Position numbers and translations under genes: made by a program. Positions 14,902 through 24,745 of a stretch of DNA of 64,000 bases are shown here, one piece after another (position 1 is the first letter of the stretch; every line of letters starts with the position of its first letter). The DNA lies in contig JBFIHX010000001.1 of the NCBI GenBank assembly GCA_041601615.1, forward strand, positions 352,001-416,000, read 5' to 3'. The stretch is from Thermoplasmatota archaeon (GTDB lineage Archaea; Thermoplasmatota; E2; JACPAO01; JAHFTW01). Under the pieces are notes generated by a model. The model had not been told where the DNA came from. It saw only the letters and a list, made by a program, of their open reading frames with translations, and searched no databases.

Positions 14902-16026
14902 TTAGACCGGCGACGCGACGCGAGATTTTGCAACCTTGGCCACGCGCTTGACCGCAAGGACACCCTTGGGATTAGCCAAAATCTGCCAGAGCTTGGGCTT
15001 GTCTCCCACGTGGCGTCCATGCCAAGCACCGGCCGCATAGCAAATCTCTTCGTCGTTGAGCTTCAGCATCGCCTCGTTGGAGTTGCGCAAATGGACGTAC
15101 TTACCAAGCCACTGCTTTTTCCAGCGCTTCTCGTACTCCTCAAGGCTCGTTTTTCCCTGCAAGAATCGAGCCGCAACATCGCCAGCAAGCCAACCCGAAT
15201 GCAGCCCCACCTCGAAGCCACCCTGACCCGCCGCGCCGCCCGTGGCCATGACGCGATCTTTGTACAATTGATTCGGCAACGTGTACAGCGGATCGGCGCC
15301 GACGCCACAGTACCGCGCATCCACATCCTTCCAACCCATCAAACCTGCGTCAATTTCTAGGGCACGCCGAGCCATCGCTTCGGCGCCTTCGCGGTCTCCT
15401 CGAAAAAACGTCCAGTGGATCCATTTGTCCTTGCCAAGCGGATTCAACTGCGAGCGCCCACCAGGTGCATGAGTGCCGATGGTGTTGTACACACGCCCGT
15501 CCGACTCTGGCTCCGGCGCCTCGAACTCCATGACGCCCACCCACTGCATCGCGTCGGGGTTCTGCGTCGCCTCGAAGAAACGAGACACTTGCGAACGGGC
15601 ACCGTCGGCAAAAATCAGCAACTCGGGTTGGATTTCGAGGCCCTTGGCCACAAGCCGCAGATCCGGATGCGCCTCCACGCCCTCCACTCCGGTGTGGATT
15701 GTGACGCCTTCCGCCCTTGCAAGCTCGGCAAGGTGCTGGTCAAATGCCGTCCGATCCATCAAAGACAATCCGCCATCAATGAACGGGCCCCGGCCGTCGC
15801 GGCCGCGCAGCCGCGTTCCCGCGAGTCGCCGGGTAATCGTGTGTTCCGGTTGCTCGATTTGCTTGGGCCAGAGAAAATCCATGGCCGTAATGGCAGGTGC
15901 CGCCGGCACGCCAATTTCCTTTTTTGCTTCGATCAGAACCACGCTGGCGCCGGCTCGGGCCGCCGCGATGGCCGCCGCCAGACCCGCAGCACTTGCTCCT
16001 ACGATCGCGATCTGCGTTTGCTGCAC
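14902..16026 (-). CDS. Geranylgeranyl reductase family FAD-dependent oxidoreductase
   Basis: IAIVGASAAGLAAA Rossmann start, EAKKEIGVP, DRTAFDQHLA and IFADGARS. Start uncertain (16026 or 16053). Confidence 0.75.
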   Translation of the reverse strand: MQQTQIAIVGASAAGLAAAIAAARAGASVVLIEAKKEIGVPAAPAITAMDFLWPKQIEQPEHTITRRLAGTRLRGRDGRGPFIDGGLSLMDRTAFDQHLAELARAEGVTIHTGVEGVEAHPDLRLVAKGLEIQPELLIFADGARSQVSRFFEATQNPDAMQWVGVMEFEAPEPESDGRVYNTIGTHAPGGRSQLNPLGKDKWIHWTFFRGDREGAEAMARRALEIDAGLMGWKDVDARYCGVGADPLYTLPNQLYKDRVMATGGAAGQGGFEVGLHSGWLAGDVAARFLQGKTSLEEYEKRWKKQWLGKYVHLRNSNEAMLKLNDEEICYAAGAWHGRHVGDKPKLWQILANPKGVLAVKRVAKVAKSRVASPV

Positions 16027-16264
16027 GGAGCGTCGAGCCCGGCCGGGGTCCAAGAAGTTTTTCAGCCGGACTCCAAGGCGTCATCGGGGGTTTTGGACAG
16101 CGGATGGATGATGAGCCACGATCCACGGAAACGACATTTGCCTCAAAATAACCACGCGCTCCGCCTCCGATGGGCCCTCAAACCATCATTTCCACTCCAG
16201 GGGACAGAGTACTTTTTATGACCTCCCCCGAAGAGGTTTACTGGACCTCCCCATATCGCCGTTC

Positions 16265-16405
16265 ATGCACAATGGGAGGGTAGTGGAAGCCTACTGCGAC
16301 AACTGCAAAGAAGTCCGGACCCACAACATGAAAATGGCCGATCCCGGTTCCTGTACCTGCCAAACCTGCGACAAAACGCAGCAATTGATGGTCCCGCTGG
16401 CCTAG
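16265..16405 (+). CDS. Small zinc-ribbon protein (46 aa), not in the ORF track
   Basis: MHNGRVVEAYCDNCKEVRTHNMKMADPGSCTCQTCDKTQQLMVPLA, with two CxxC pairs; TTTTTATG upstream at ~16213. Confidence 0.65.
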   Translation: MHNGRVVEAYCDNCKEVRTHNMKMADPGSCTCQTCDKTQQLMVPLA

Positions 16406-16545
16406 CCAATCCATCCAAGGTCCAAGTCCTCGTCCGGCGCCTTTTCCTTTTTCTTGTCCACCTTTTTGTCCAAGCCCGCCGCACGACGCTCCTCCAAATC
16501 ATCCATGTCATCGAGGACACTGCGACGCTTGCGTTCTTCAACCAT
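16402..16545 (-). CDS. Small charged hypothetical protein (47 aa)
   Basis: MVEERKRRSVLDDMDDLEERRAAGLDKKVDKKKEKAPDEDLDLGWIG; TTTATC box ~27 nt upstream on the minus strand. Confidence 0.55.
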   Translation of the reverse strand: MVEERKRRSVLDDMDDLEERRAAGLDKKVDKKKEKAPDEDLDLGWIG

Positions 16546-16618
16546 GCATCCGCCAGCACCCCCCGTTCGATAAATCTGCGCTCCGAAACCCTCAACGCAG
16601 AGGCGACGTGGCGCCCCC

Positions 16619-17275
16619 GTGGACGGGGTGGTCTTCGACTTCGATGGCGTCATTGCGCAAAGCATGGAACAACACGCCGAGGCCTACCGGCGGATACTGG
16701 GCCCGCTTGGAGTCGAAGTGCATAACGCGGATGTGTTTGCACGGGAAGGCGCACGCAGCGAATCCATCATCCGGGGTTTCCTCGAAGACGCTGGACAAAA
16801 CCCTTCTGCCGCCGAAGTAGCACGACTGGCCAACGAGAAGCAAGCCGTGTTTCGTGCGCTCGGGACACCACCCTTGTACCGGGGCGCCGAAGCCATGGTG
16901 CGCGCCGTGCAAGAAGCGATTCTTACGGGACTCGTCACCGGCACGCGCCTACAGAATCTCGAGCACCTGATTCCCAATCTCCTGCCTGGATTCGGCGCAG
17001 TAATGAGCCAAGAAACCTACACCCACGACAAACCCCACCCAGAACCATACCAGAAGGCCGCCGAGGCCATGAACGTGGACCCGAACAGCTTGGTGGCCGT
17101 GGAAAACGCCGTACGAGGCATCCAAAGTGCCCGCGCCGCCGGCTACGGACTCGTGTACGGCATCGCCACCACCATGGAGGCGGAAGCGCTCCAGGCCGCC
17201 GGGGCAGATCAAGTGTTTTTGGACCACAGCCAGCTCGCCACTGCCCTGCTTCAACTGGCCGCTTTGAACAAGTAG
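16619..17275 (+). CDS. HAD-superfamily phosphatase (beta-PGM/CbbY-like)
   Basis: VVFDFDGVI motif I, KPHPEPY and VENAVRGIQSARAAG. Confidence 0.9.
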   Translation: MDGVVFDFDGVIAQSMEQHAEAYRRILGPLGVEVHNADVFAREGARSESIIRGFLEDAGQNPSAAEVARLANEKQAVFRALGTPPLYRGAEAMVRAVQEAILTGLVTGTRLQNLEHLIPNLLPGFGAVMSQETYTHDKPHPEPYQKAAEAMNVDPNSLVAVENAVRGIQSARAAGYGLVYGIATTMEAEALQAAGADQVFLDHSQLATALLQLAALNK

Positions 17276-17296
17276 TCCACGCACCCATACAATCGC

Positions 17297-17770
17297 ATGA
17301 GAAAACGCGTCGTCGGCGTCATGGGCGGGCACGAACACGACCCAGAAGCCGAGGCCCTCGCACAAGAAGTCGGCCGCCAGATCGCCAAACGCGATTGGAT
17401 CCTTCTCAACGGCGCCCGCAACGAAGGCGTCATGGCCGCCAGCGCACACGGAGCCCACGAAGCCGGAGGATTCGTCATTGGAATCCACCCCGGCGACCGA
17501 CACAGCCCCGATGTCGCCCCCGGCCTCGACCTCGTCATCTTCAGCAACGTCGGCTACGCCCGCAACGCCATCAACGTCATGAGCAGCGACGCCATCATTG
17601 CGCTGCCCGGCGGACCCGGCACCCTATCCGAGGTCGCCTACGCGCAGACCTACCGAATCCCCACGGTCCTGCTTGGCTTTGACGACAAGGGCTGGTTCCA
17701 AGACAACGTGCGCCGCGCCAAGGACGTGTACGAAGCGATGAAGATGCTGGAAGATATCATGTCCAATTGA
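17297..17770 (+). CDS. LOG/SLOG family nucleotide-binding protein (TIGR00725-like)
   Basis: VGVMGG, GVMAASAHGA, ARNAINV and PGGPGTLSEV. Confidence 0.88.
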   Translation: MRKRVVGVMGGHEHDPEAEALAQEVGRQIAKRDWILLNGARNEGVMAASAHGAHEAGGFVIGIHPGDRHSPDVAPGLDLVIFSNVGYARNAINVMSSDAIIALPGGPGTLSEVAYAQTYRIPTVLLGFDDKGWFQDNVRRAKDVYEAMKMLEDIMSN

Positions 17771-17857
17771 TCCACCACCCAAGCTCCCGCCCCCCAAAGC
17801 TCTGCAAACATCCCCAGGAACCTTCAATTTGCCATCCGCATCTTCATGCCCGATTCT

Positions 17858-18172
17858 ATGAAGTGGATCATCCCCCTCCTGCTCCTAGCCAGCCTCCTTT
17901 CCATCGCCCCCGCCAGCGCGGAGGACGTTTGCGTGGGCAAAACATTGGCCAGCGCTTGCTACCACGGCCAGACATGCACAAGTGGCCAAGTGGCCGGCAT
18001 TGTCGAATGGCAACCCGGACCCAACTGCAACAACATCAGCATCGACCCCTTCCCGGACCCTCCCTGCTACGGCATCGAAACCAGCAAAGGCCTCACCGGG
18101 TACTGCCAATTCCAGAACTGCCAATACTGGTACGTCCAAGGCATCTACATCGAGAAGACCTGCTGGATCTAG
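17858..18172 (+). CDS. Secreted cysteine-rich small protein, paralog 1
   Basis: Signal peptide MKWIIPLLLLASLLSIAPASA; C-terminal CYGI..TGYC..CQYWYVQGIYIEKTCWI. Confidence 0.75.
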   Translation: MKWIIPLLLLASLLSIAPASAEDVCVGKTLASACYHGQTCTSGQVAGIVEWQPGPNCNNISIDPFPDPPCYGIETSKGLTGYCQFQNCQYWYVQGIYIEKTCWI

Positions 18173-18248
18173 GCACGCACAACCAAGCGCTCCGAGCTTT
18201 CTGGACATCCCGAGAAACACCCTTCCACAGGGAACGGAATCGCACACC

Positions 18249-18554
18249 ATGCGATGGACATCCATCCTGCTCGCAGTCCTACTCCTGACTCTCTTCCTGC
18301 CCGCCTCCGAGGCCCGGCCCGGCATCCTCGTCGATGACGGAACTTGTTTCGGCGTCAATCCAGGAAACCTAGAGTATCCCGCCGCTGTCCAAGGACTCCT
18401 CGAAGACCTCGAGGAGCCACCCACCAACATCGAGGACCCCCCTGAAATCCCCGATTCTTTCACCGGCTACTGCTGGAAAGCCTGGCCCTGCATCTGCCCC
18501 AACATGTGCCAACACTGGTACATCCACGGCATCTACGTCTTCCAGTTGTGCTGA
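18249..18554 (+). CDS. Secreted cysteine-rich small protein, paralog 2
   Basis: Signal peptide MRWTSILLAVLLLTLFLPASEA; VDDGTCFGVN..FTGYC..CQHWYIHGIYVFQLC. Start placed at ATG 18249 within track ORF 17982. Confidence 0.78.
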   Translation: MRWTSILLAVLLLTLFLPASEARPGILVDDGTCFGVNPGNLEYPAAVQGLLEDLEEPPTNIEDPPEIPDSFTGYCWKAWPCICPNMCQHWYIHGIYVFQLC

Positions 18555-18621
18555 GCCGGATGACCGCGGCTCTCCGGATGTCCCGAGTTAACCTCAATGA
18601 TCTCGGGCCGAATGACGGGGC

Positions 18622-18867
18622 ATGCGATGGAACGCAATCCTTCTCGCTGCCTGCTTCCTGACCGTACTGATCCCGACAGGAGCCGCCAAGCCCGACATCA
18701 TCGTCGATGACGGCACATGCTTCGGCGTAAACCAAGGGAATACCAATCCGCCGATCTTTGCCGACAGATTCACGGGCTACTGCAACGCGCCCTGCTACTG
18801 CCCCGGCTACCCATGCCAAGACTGGTACGCCTACGACATCTACCTGTTCCACGCCTGCTGGGTCTAA
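18622..18867 (+). CDS. Secreted cysteine-rich small protein, paralog 3
   Basis: Signal peptide MRWNAILLAACFLTVLIPTGAA; VDDGTCFGVN..FTGYC..CQDWYAYDIYLFHACWV. Confidence 0.78.
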   Translation: MRWNAILLAACFLTVLIPTGAAKPDIIVDDGTCFGVNQGNTNPPIFADRFTGYCNAPCYCPGYPCQDWYAYDIYLFHACWV

Positions 18868-18949
18868 CCTCGCCACAGCACCAGCATCTTCCTCCTTGCC
18901 CGCACCCTCCCCCTTCCCCCTTTTTGAATCCCCTCACGCTCGCCGCCCC

Positions 18950-20008
18950 GTGGCCCACCGAACCTCCCTCTGGGACGCCCACGCCAGCCTCGGCGCGACC
19001 ATGACGGAATTTGCCGGCTACGACATGCCCGTCGTCTACGGCAGCATCAAAGACGAACACGCCGCCGTGCGCGAACGCTGCGGCCTCTTCGATGTCAGCC
19101 ACATGAGCAACTTGTTCTTGGAAGGCCCCGGCGCCACCGCAGCAATCGCCGCCGTAACCACCCGCGACATGGCAGGCCTCGAAGTGGGCAAAGGCCAGTA
19201 CGGCGTCATCCTTCGTCAAGACGGAACCATCGTGGACGACGTGTTCACATTCCGCCTCGAAACAGACCGCTGGATGATGGTGCCCAACGCCGGCATGAAC
19301 GAAATCGTCGCCGCCCACCTCACCATGCACGCACCGGAGCCGTTCGAACTGCACGACGCCACCGCAGACTGGGCGATTCTCGCCCTCCAAGGCCCCGCCG
19401 CCCGCGCCGTGCTTGCCGAAGCTGCTGAAGGAACGGCCCCCAAATTCCACCGCATCACCACCATGAAGATTCAAGGCGAAGAGTGCCTCGTATCAGGCAC
19501 CGGCTACACGGGCGAAAAGGGCGTAGAAATCTACGTGCGCGCCACCGAAGCCGCCGCCGTCTGGTACCACTTGCTCGCAGTCGGCGCCGCGCACGGCATC
19601 GCACCCGTAGGCCTAGGGGCCCGCGACACACTGCGCCTGGAGAAGGGGTACTGCTTGGCGGGCAACGAGTTTGCCGGCGGCCGCACGCCCCTCGAAGCAG
19701 GCCTCGGCTGGCTCATCAACTGGGACCACGAATTTCTAGGCAAGGCCGCCCTCGTAGCCCAACGCGACGCAGGCGACCATGACGTTCTGGTGGGAATCGT
19801 GCAGGAGAAAGGCATCCCCCGCCACGACTACAAGGTCCTCAGGGACGGGGATCCCATCGGAGTCGTCACCAGCGGAACACTCAGTCCCGTTCTTGGAAAA
19901 GGCATCGCGCTTGCATATTGTCGCGGCGTCGGACCCGGCGACGAAGTGCAAGTGGACGTGCGCGGTAGGCCACAAACGGCCACCATCCAAGCGCCTCCTT
20001 TCGCCTAG
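18950..20008 (+). CDS. gcvT: Glycine cleavage system aminomethyltransferase T
   Basis: FAGYDMPVVY, GLFDVSHM, TGYTGEKGVE and GLGARDTLRLEKG. Start moved to GTG 18950, after a TTTTTGAA box. Confidence 0.95.
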   Translation: MAHRTSLWDAHASLGATMTEFAGYDMPVVYGSIKDEHAAVRERCGLFDVSHMSNLFLEGPGATAAIAAVTTRDMAGLEVGKGQYGVILRQDGTIVDDVFTFRLETDRWMMVPNAGMNEIVAAHLTMHAPEPFELHDATADWAILALQGPAARAVLAEAAEGTAPKFHRITTMKIQGEECLVSGTGYTGEKGVEIYVRATEAAAVWYHLLAVGAAHGIAPVGLGARDTLRLEKGYCLAGNEFAGGRTPLEAGLGWLINWDHEFLGKAALVAQRDAGDHDVLVGIVQEKGIPRHDYKVLRDGDPIGVVTSGTLSPVLGKGIALAYCRGVGPGDEVQVDVRGRPQTATIQAPPFA

Positions 20009-20086
20009 CCACAAGGAGAAAAATAGCCCGGAAAGGGGGCCGGTTATGACCGCTTCCAAAATCCGATTGCATTATCAAGCGGAGCC

Positions 20087-21451
20087 ATGACTGGACGGAA
20101 GTCCATGTACGTGATCGTCGGAGGTGCCGGGGAGGTCGGGTTCCATGTAGCCCGCGCATTGCGAGACGAAGGTCACGACGTAGCCGTGGTCGAATCCGAT
20201 CCGCGACGACTGGAACGCGTAAGCGGCCTTGACGTGCTTGCCATCGAAGGCAACATCGCCAGCCGCCGCGTGCTGGAAGAAGAAGCCAACATCGGCCAAG
20301 CGCAACTCTTGATCGCTTGCACGGGCGTGGACGAAATCAACATGGTCGCCGCAGCCCTTGCCAAAACCTACGGCTTGCGCACCATCGCCCGCATCAACGA
20401 ACCCGAGTACCTCAACGTCCCCTACAGCGACGAGTATGCCGGCATGGGCATCGACGTAGCCGTTTCCCCCGAAATGGTCGCCGCCATCCGCATCCGGCGC
20501 CTCCTGAACCAACCGGACCTTGTCAACACCGACGTATTTGCCCAAGGAAAAGTCGTCGTGGCCGAGGGCCGCGTTTCCGAAGACGCATTCGTCGTAGGCA
20601 AGCGCGTGGCAGACGTGGAGCCCCCCGCTGGCTTCAATCTCTTTGCCATCTACCGAGGCGACGACGTCATCATCCCACGGGGCCACACGCGCTTCCAAGC
20701 CCACGACCGCCTCCTGATGGCAATGAAAAACAAGGACGTCCTTGCGGAAGTAGAACCCTATATCGGCCGCATGAAAGCTGTGCAGACGCCCAAAAAAATC
20801 CAGCGCGTGATGATCGCAGGCGCCACCCGTGTCGGCGTGCACCTAGCCCGCCTGTTGGAGCAATCCAAGCGCGACGTGGTCCTCGTAGATGCCGACGCCG
20901 AACGCTGCCGCCGCGCCGGAGAACGCCTCCAAAAAGCCCTCGTCGTGCACGGAGACGCCACAGACCGTGACGTATTGATCCAAGAGAACGTCGACACATT
21001 CGACGCATTCGTCGCCGCCACCCGCGTCGAAGAATACAACGTACTCGCCGCCCTCATGGCCAAAGAACTCGGCGTGGAATTGACCGTGGCCGTCATCAAC
21101 CAACCCGAACTCAAGCAATTTCTGGAAACCCTCGACATCGACCTCGCCGTAGCACCCCGCCTCAGCACCGTCGGCGCCATCCTCAAACACGTTCATGCCG
21201 AAACCGAAGAGGTAAGCCTCCAAAACATGGGTGAAGAGCGCATCATCATCATGAAAGTACACGACGGCTCCGCCGCCTCCGGCAAACCCGTCAAAAAACT
21301 CGCCATTCCAACCCACAGCATCCTGGCCGCCGTCGTGCGCGGCGAAGACGTCATCCTCCCTCGCGGCGACGACATCTTGCATCCCGGCGACACAGTCGTC
21401 GCCTACGCCTTGACCGAGGCCGTGGAGAAACTGGAGCGACTGTTCCGATGA
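20087..21451 (+). CDS. trkA: Trk potassium transporter NAD-binding subunit
   Basis: Two RCK_N (GAGEVG, GATRVG) plus RCK_C pairs. Confidence 0.93.
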   Translation: MTGRKSMYVIVGGAGEVGFHVARALRDEGHDVAVVESDPRRLERVSGLDVLAIEGNIASRRVLEEEANIGQAQLLIACTGVDEINMVAAALAKTYGLRTIARINEPEYLNVPYSDEYAGMGIDVAVSPEMVAAIRIRRLLNQPDLVNTDVFAQGKVVVAEGRVSEDAFVVGKRVADVEPPAGFNLFAIYRGDDVIIPRGHTRFQAHDRLLMAMKNKDVLAEVEPYIGRMKAVQTPKKIQRVMIAGATRVGVHLARLLEQSKRDVVLVDADAERCRRAGERLQKALVVHGDATDRDVLIQENVDTFDAFVAATRVEEYNVLAALMAKELGVELTVAVINQPELKQFLETLDIDLAVAPRLSTVGAILKHVHAETEEVSLQNMGEERIIIMKVHDGSAASGKPVKKLAIPTHSILAAVVRGEDVILPRGDDILHPGDTVVAYALTEAVEKLERLFR

Positions 21452-22953
21452 ACCTCGGGCCCCGGCTCCTGTCGGGACTTGCAGACGTAGTCGTCGTCAC
21501 CAGCCTCGTGCTTCTTGTCCCCGTCGTCTTTTCCCTCCTCTTTGACCCATGGAGCGCCACCTACGCCGGCATCCACTACCCGCCCGCTGCGGTCGCGTTT
21601 CTTGCCTCCAGTGTTCTCGCCATCTTGTTCTGGCTCCCGGCCAAAATCCTCACCCGCAACGTACCCACGCACCTCAACGAACGCGACGCCCTGCTGCTGG
21701 CCGGCACCGCATGGCTGCTCACCGCAGCGTTCGCCTCCGTGCCGTTTCTGATTTCGGGCACCTTCGCACGCCCCGAAGACGCCTTCTTTGAAGCCATGAG
21801 CGGACTCACCGCCACCGGCGCAACCCTCCTTGCCCGGCCCGAATCCGCCGCACCCAGCATCCTGCTGTACCGAGCCTTGTTGCAATTCGTCGGCGGACTA
21901 GCCATCATCGTCCTCAGCGTCGCCTTGCTCTCCCGCATCGCACACACAGGAGCCCGACTCCTTGGCGAAACCGGCCGAGGAGTCGCACGCATGCGCCCAA
22001 AAGTCGGACAAGCCGCCCGCGCCCTTTGGAAAATCTACGCAATCTTTGCCGGGCTCCTATTCGCCATCCTCGTGCCCGTGTTCACCTTCCACGTCGGCTT
22101 ACCCTGGAAACTTGCGGTTTTCGAAGCCCTGGCCCACGCCATGGCAACCATAAGCACCGGCGGCTTCACCACCCACGCCACCAACATCTCCTTCTTCGAC
22201 AGCGGACTCCTCGAAGGCATCCTCGTCGCCTTCATGCTCCTATCCGGCATGAACTACACCCTCCACCATCGACTCTGGAACGGCGACTGGAAACGAATGG
22301 TGCGCGATGCCGAATGGCGCATCTACCTCGCCGTGGTGGCCATCACCGCCGCCGGACTCACAGGAAGCCTCTGGTGGGCCGGCGAAGGACTCGCCGAAGC
22401 ATTGCGCCACGGGCTATTTACCACCGTCAGCTTTCTGACCAGCACCGGCTACGTCATCGCCGACACTGACCAATGGAGCCAGGCCGCCAAACTCGTACTC
22501 GTAGCACTCATGTTCGTGGGCGCCTCCGCCGGCAGCACAGCAGGCGGCATGAAACTCCTACGCGTCCTATTGCTCTGGCGCGTCGTACAACGAGAACTAC
22601 GCAGGCTCCTGCACCCCCGCGCCGTCATCCCCGTGCGCCACGCAGACCGCATCGTCCCCGAAACCGCCGTCCTCACCGTCGTGGCTTTCTTCTTTGCCTT
22701 CCTCACCGTCTGGATGGTCGGAGCACTTCTGTTGATCCTCCTCGACCCCGCCCTAGGCCTGTTTGACGGCTCCGTGGCGGCAGCAGCAGCCATCGGCAAC
22801 ACCGGCCCAGCCCTCGGCGTCGTCGGCCCCACCGAAAGCTACGCCGCACTCGCACCCGCAAGCCGCATCATCATGGCGGCGCTGATGTTTGTCGGACGAC
22901 TGGAAGTGTTTGCCGCCCTCGTCGTATTCCATCCGGCAAGCTGGAAGAACTGA
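21448..22953 (+). CDS. trkH: Trk potassium uptake membrane protein
   Basis: FFEAMSGLTATGAT, STGGF, GASAGSTAGGMK and GNTGPALG pore motifs. Confidence 0.94.
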   Translation: MNLGPRLLSGLADVVVVTSLVLLVPVVFSLLFDPWSATYAGIHYPPAAVAFLASSVLAILFWLPAKILTRNVPTHLNERDALLLAGTAWLLTAAFASVPFLISGTFARPEDAFFEAMSGLTATGATLLARPESAAPSILLYRALLQFVGGLAIIVLSVALLSRIAHTGARLLGETGRGVARMRPKVGQAARALWKIYAIFAGLLFAILVPVFTFHVGLPWKLAVFEALAHAMATISTGGFTTHATNISFFDSGLLEGILVAFMLLSGMNYTLHHRLWNGDWKRMVRDAEWRIYLAVVAITAAGLTGSLWWAGEGLAEALRHGLFTTVSFLTSTGYVIADTDQWSQAAKLVLVALMFVGASAGSTAGGMKLLRVLLLWRVVQRELRRLLHPRAVIPVRHADRIVPETAVLTVVAFFFAFLTVWMVGALLLILLDPALGLFDGSVAAAAAIGNTGPALGVVGPTESYAALAPASRIIMAALMFVGRLEVFAALVVFHPASWKN

Positions 22954-22979
22954 AGAGCCACCCCCGCCTCGGCGACCCC

Positions 22980-24677
22980 GTGGTCCACTCCGAGGTCGCA
23001 TTGCATGTCGCCCAAGGCGTGGAAGCGGCACTGCGCGCCGGCAACATCACCGACAAAGACGGCATCCAGCGCGTCAAGAAGGTCCTCCTGCGCGGCCAAC
23101 ACGCCGCCGTGACCCCAACCGACGCAGACCTGCTTGCCCTGATCGCTCCCGACGCCGCAGCCACTTGGGGCCACCTCTTTTTGAAAAAGCCCATGCGCAG
23201 CCAATCCGGCGTCGCCGTCGTCGCCGTCATGAGCAGCCCCGCATCCTGCCCCCACGGCAAGTGCATCTACTGCCCCGGCGGCCCCGAAGTCAACTCACCA
23301 CAGAGCTACACCGGCTTCGAGCCCAGCACCATGCGCGCCAAGCGCAACAACTACGATCCCTACCGCATCGTACGCGGCCGCCTCGAAGGCCTCGAACACA
23401 ACGGCCACGCCATCGACAAAGTCGAACTCATCGTCCAAGGCGGCACCTTCCCCGCCCGCGACGACGCCTACCAGGACTGGTTCATCGCCGGGCTATACGC
23501 AGGCTGCAACGAAGGCCCCGGCAAAGGCCTCGATCCATGGGAAGACATCGAAGACTGGGAAGCAATGCCGGAGGCCCAACGCACCGCCCGCCTCGAAGCG
23601 CTCCAAGCCACCAACGAATCCGCCCGCTGCCGCGTGGTCGGCCTCACGATCGAAACCAAGCCAGACTGGTGCATGGAGCCCCACGTCGACCGCATGCTGC
23701 GCCACGGAGCCACCCGCGTCGAACTGGGCATCCAATGCCTCGACGAAGAAACCACCAAGCGCACCAACCGAGGCCACACGGTGCAAGACGGCATCGACGC
23801 CATGCGCATCGCCCGCGACGCCGGCTTCAAAATCTGCATCCACCTCATGCCGGGCCTGCCCCGCGTCGTCACCGAAACCGGCTGGGCCGTGGACGGCGAC
23901 GCCGACGCCCGCGACATGCAACAAGTGTTCGAAGACCCCGAGTGGCGTCCAGACATGCTCAAAGTCTACCCGACGCTCATCGTCGAAGAAGGCGAAACCA
24001 CCCTCAAACGCTGGTGGAAAGAAGGCCGCTTCGAGCCCATGGACACCCAAGCGGCTTCCACCGTCATCTCCAAGGGCCTCCAATTTGTTCCTGAGTGGTG
24101 CCGCATCCAGCGCATCGACCGCGACATTCCCACCACACACGTGCTTGCGGGCGTCCAGAACTCGAATCTGCGCCAAATCGCCGAGGCCGAAGCCCAAGAC
24201 GCCGGCACGAAGCTGCGCGACATCCGCAGCCGCGAAGTCGGCATGAGGCTCCGCGAGGGCCACACCATTGAACCCGACCGCCTCGTCGTCGTGCGCCGCG
24301 ACTACGAAGCCGGAAACGGCCTCGAAACCTTCCTTAGCCTCGAAGACCCCGAAGTGGACGCACTCGTTGGATTCCTACGACTACGCCGCGTCGGCCCCGG
24401 TGCCCACCGGGCTGAATTCCAAGTCGAGGGAGGCGCTGCCGTCATCCGCGAATTGAAAGTGTATGGAGCGGCACTCGGACTTGGCGAACACTCAGAATCC
24501 GCCTGGCAGCACCGAGGATTCGGCGCGCAACTCGTGCGTGAGGCGGAGGCCATCGCGTTTGAGGAATGGAACGTGGGGCGGCTGCTCGTGATTGCAGGTG
24601 TTGGGGTGAAGGAGTACTACCGGAAGCTTGGGTACGGGGATGAGGGTGTGTTTGTGGCTCGCGACCGCCTGATTTGA
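22980..24677 (+). CDS. elp3: Elp3 tRNA uridine(34) acetyltransferase (radical SAM plus GNAT), archaeal type
   Basis: CPHGKCIYCPGG, QSYTGFEP, ETKPDW, LKVYPTL, RELKVYG and QHRGFG. Confidence 0.95.
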   Translation: MVHSEVALHVAQGVEAALRAGNITDKDGIQRVKKVLLRGQHAAVTPTDADLLALIAPDAAATWGHLFLKKPMRSQSGVAVVAVMSSPASCPHGKCIYCPGGPEVNSPQSYTGFEPSTMRAKRNNYDPYRIVRGRLEGLEHNGHAIDKVELIVQGGTFPARDDAYQDWFIAGLYAGCNEGPGKGLDPWEDIEDWEAMPEAQRTARLEALQATNESARCRVVGLTIETKPDWCMEPHVDRMLRHGATRVELGIQCLDEETTKRTNRGHTVQDGIDAMRIARDAGFKICIHLMPGLPRVVTETGWAVDGDADARDMQQVFEDPEWRPDMLKVYPTLIVEEGETTLKRWWKEGRFEPMDTQAASTVISKGLQFVPEWCRIQRIDRDIPTTHVLAGVQNSNLRQIAEAEAQDAGTKLRDIRSREVGMRLREGHTIEPDRLVVVRRDYEAGNGLETFLSLEDPEVDALVGFLRLRRVGPGAHRAEFQVEGGAAVIRELKVYGAALGLGEHSESAWQHRGFGAQLVREAEAIAFEEWNVGRLLVIAGVGVKEYYRKLGYGDEGVFVARDRLI

Positions 24678-24691
24678 TAGACCCCATATTC

Positions 24692-24714
24692 TGATAGGGT
24701 CCCTATCATTTATC
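24692..24714 (+). promoter_or_regulatory. Palindromic operator TGATAGGG-T-CCCTATCA next to a TTTATC TATA-like box
   Basis: Perfect 8-bp inverted repeat at 24692-24708 directly followed by TTTATC, ~35 nt upstream of the ATPase start. Confidence 0.5.
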
Positions 24715-24745
24715 TGATATAGGTCGTGTTCCAATAGGCTTTCCC

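Noticed and set aside
14902-16026. FAD oxidoreductase as an NRPS tailoring enzyme (e.g. halogenase)
   Set aside because: It resembles the geranylgeranyl reductase family common in archaea and is transcribed convergently. I treated it as the cluster boundary, though a tailoring role cannot be excluded.
22889-24094. Long Arg/Pro-rich alternative-frame ORFs over elp3, and similar ones at 45500..46723 and 55367..56596
   Set aside because: They are off-frame shadows of well-supported genes caused by C-rich codon bias.
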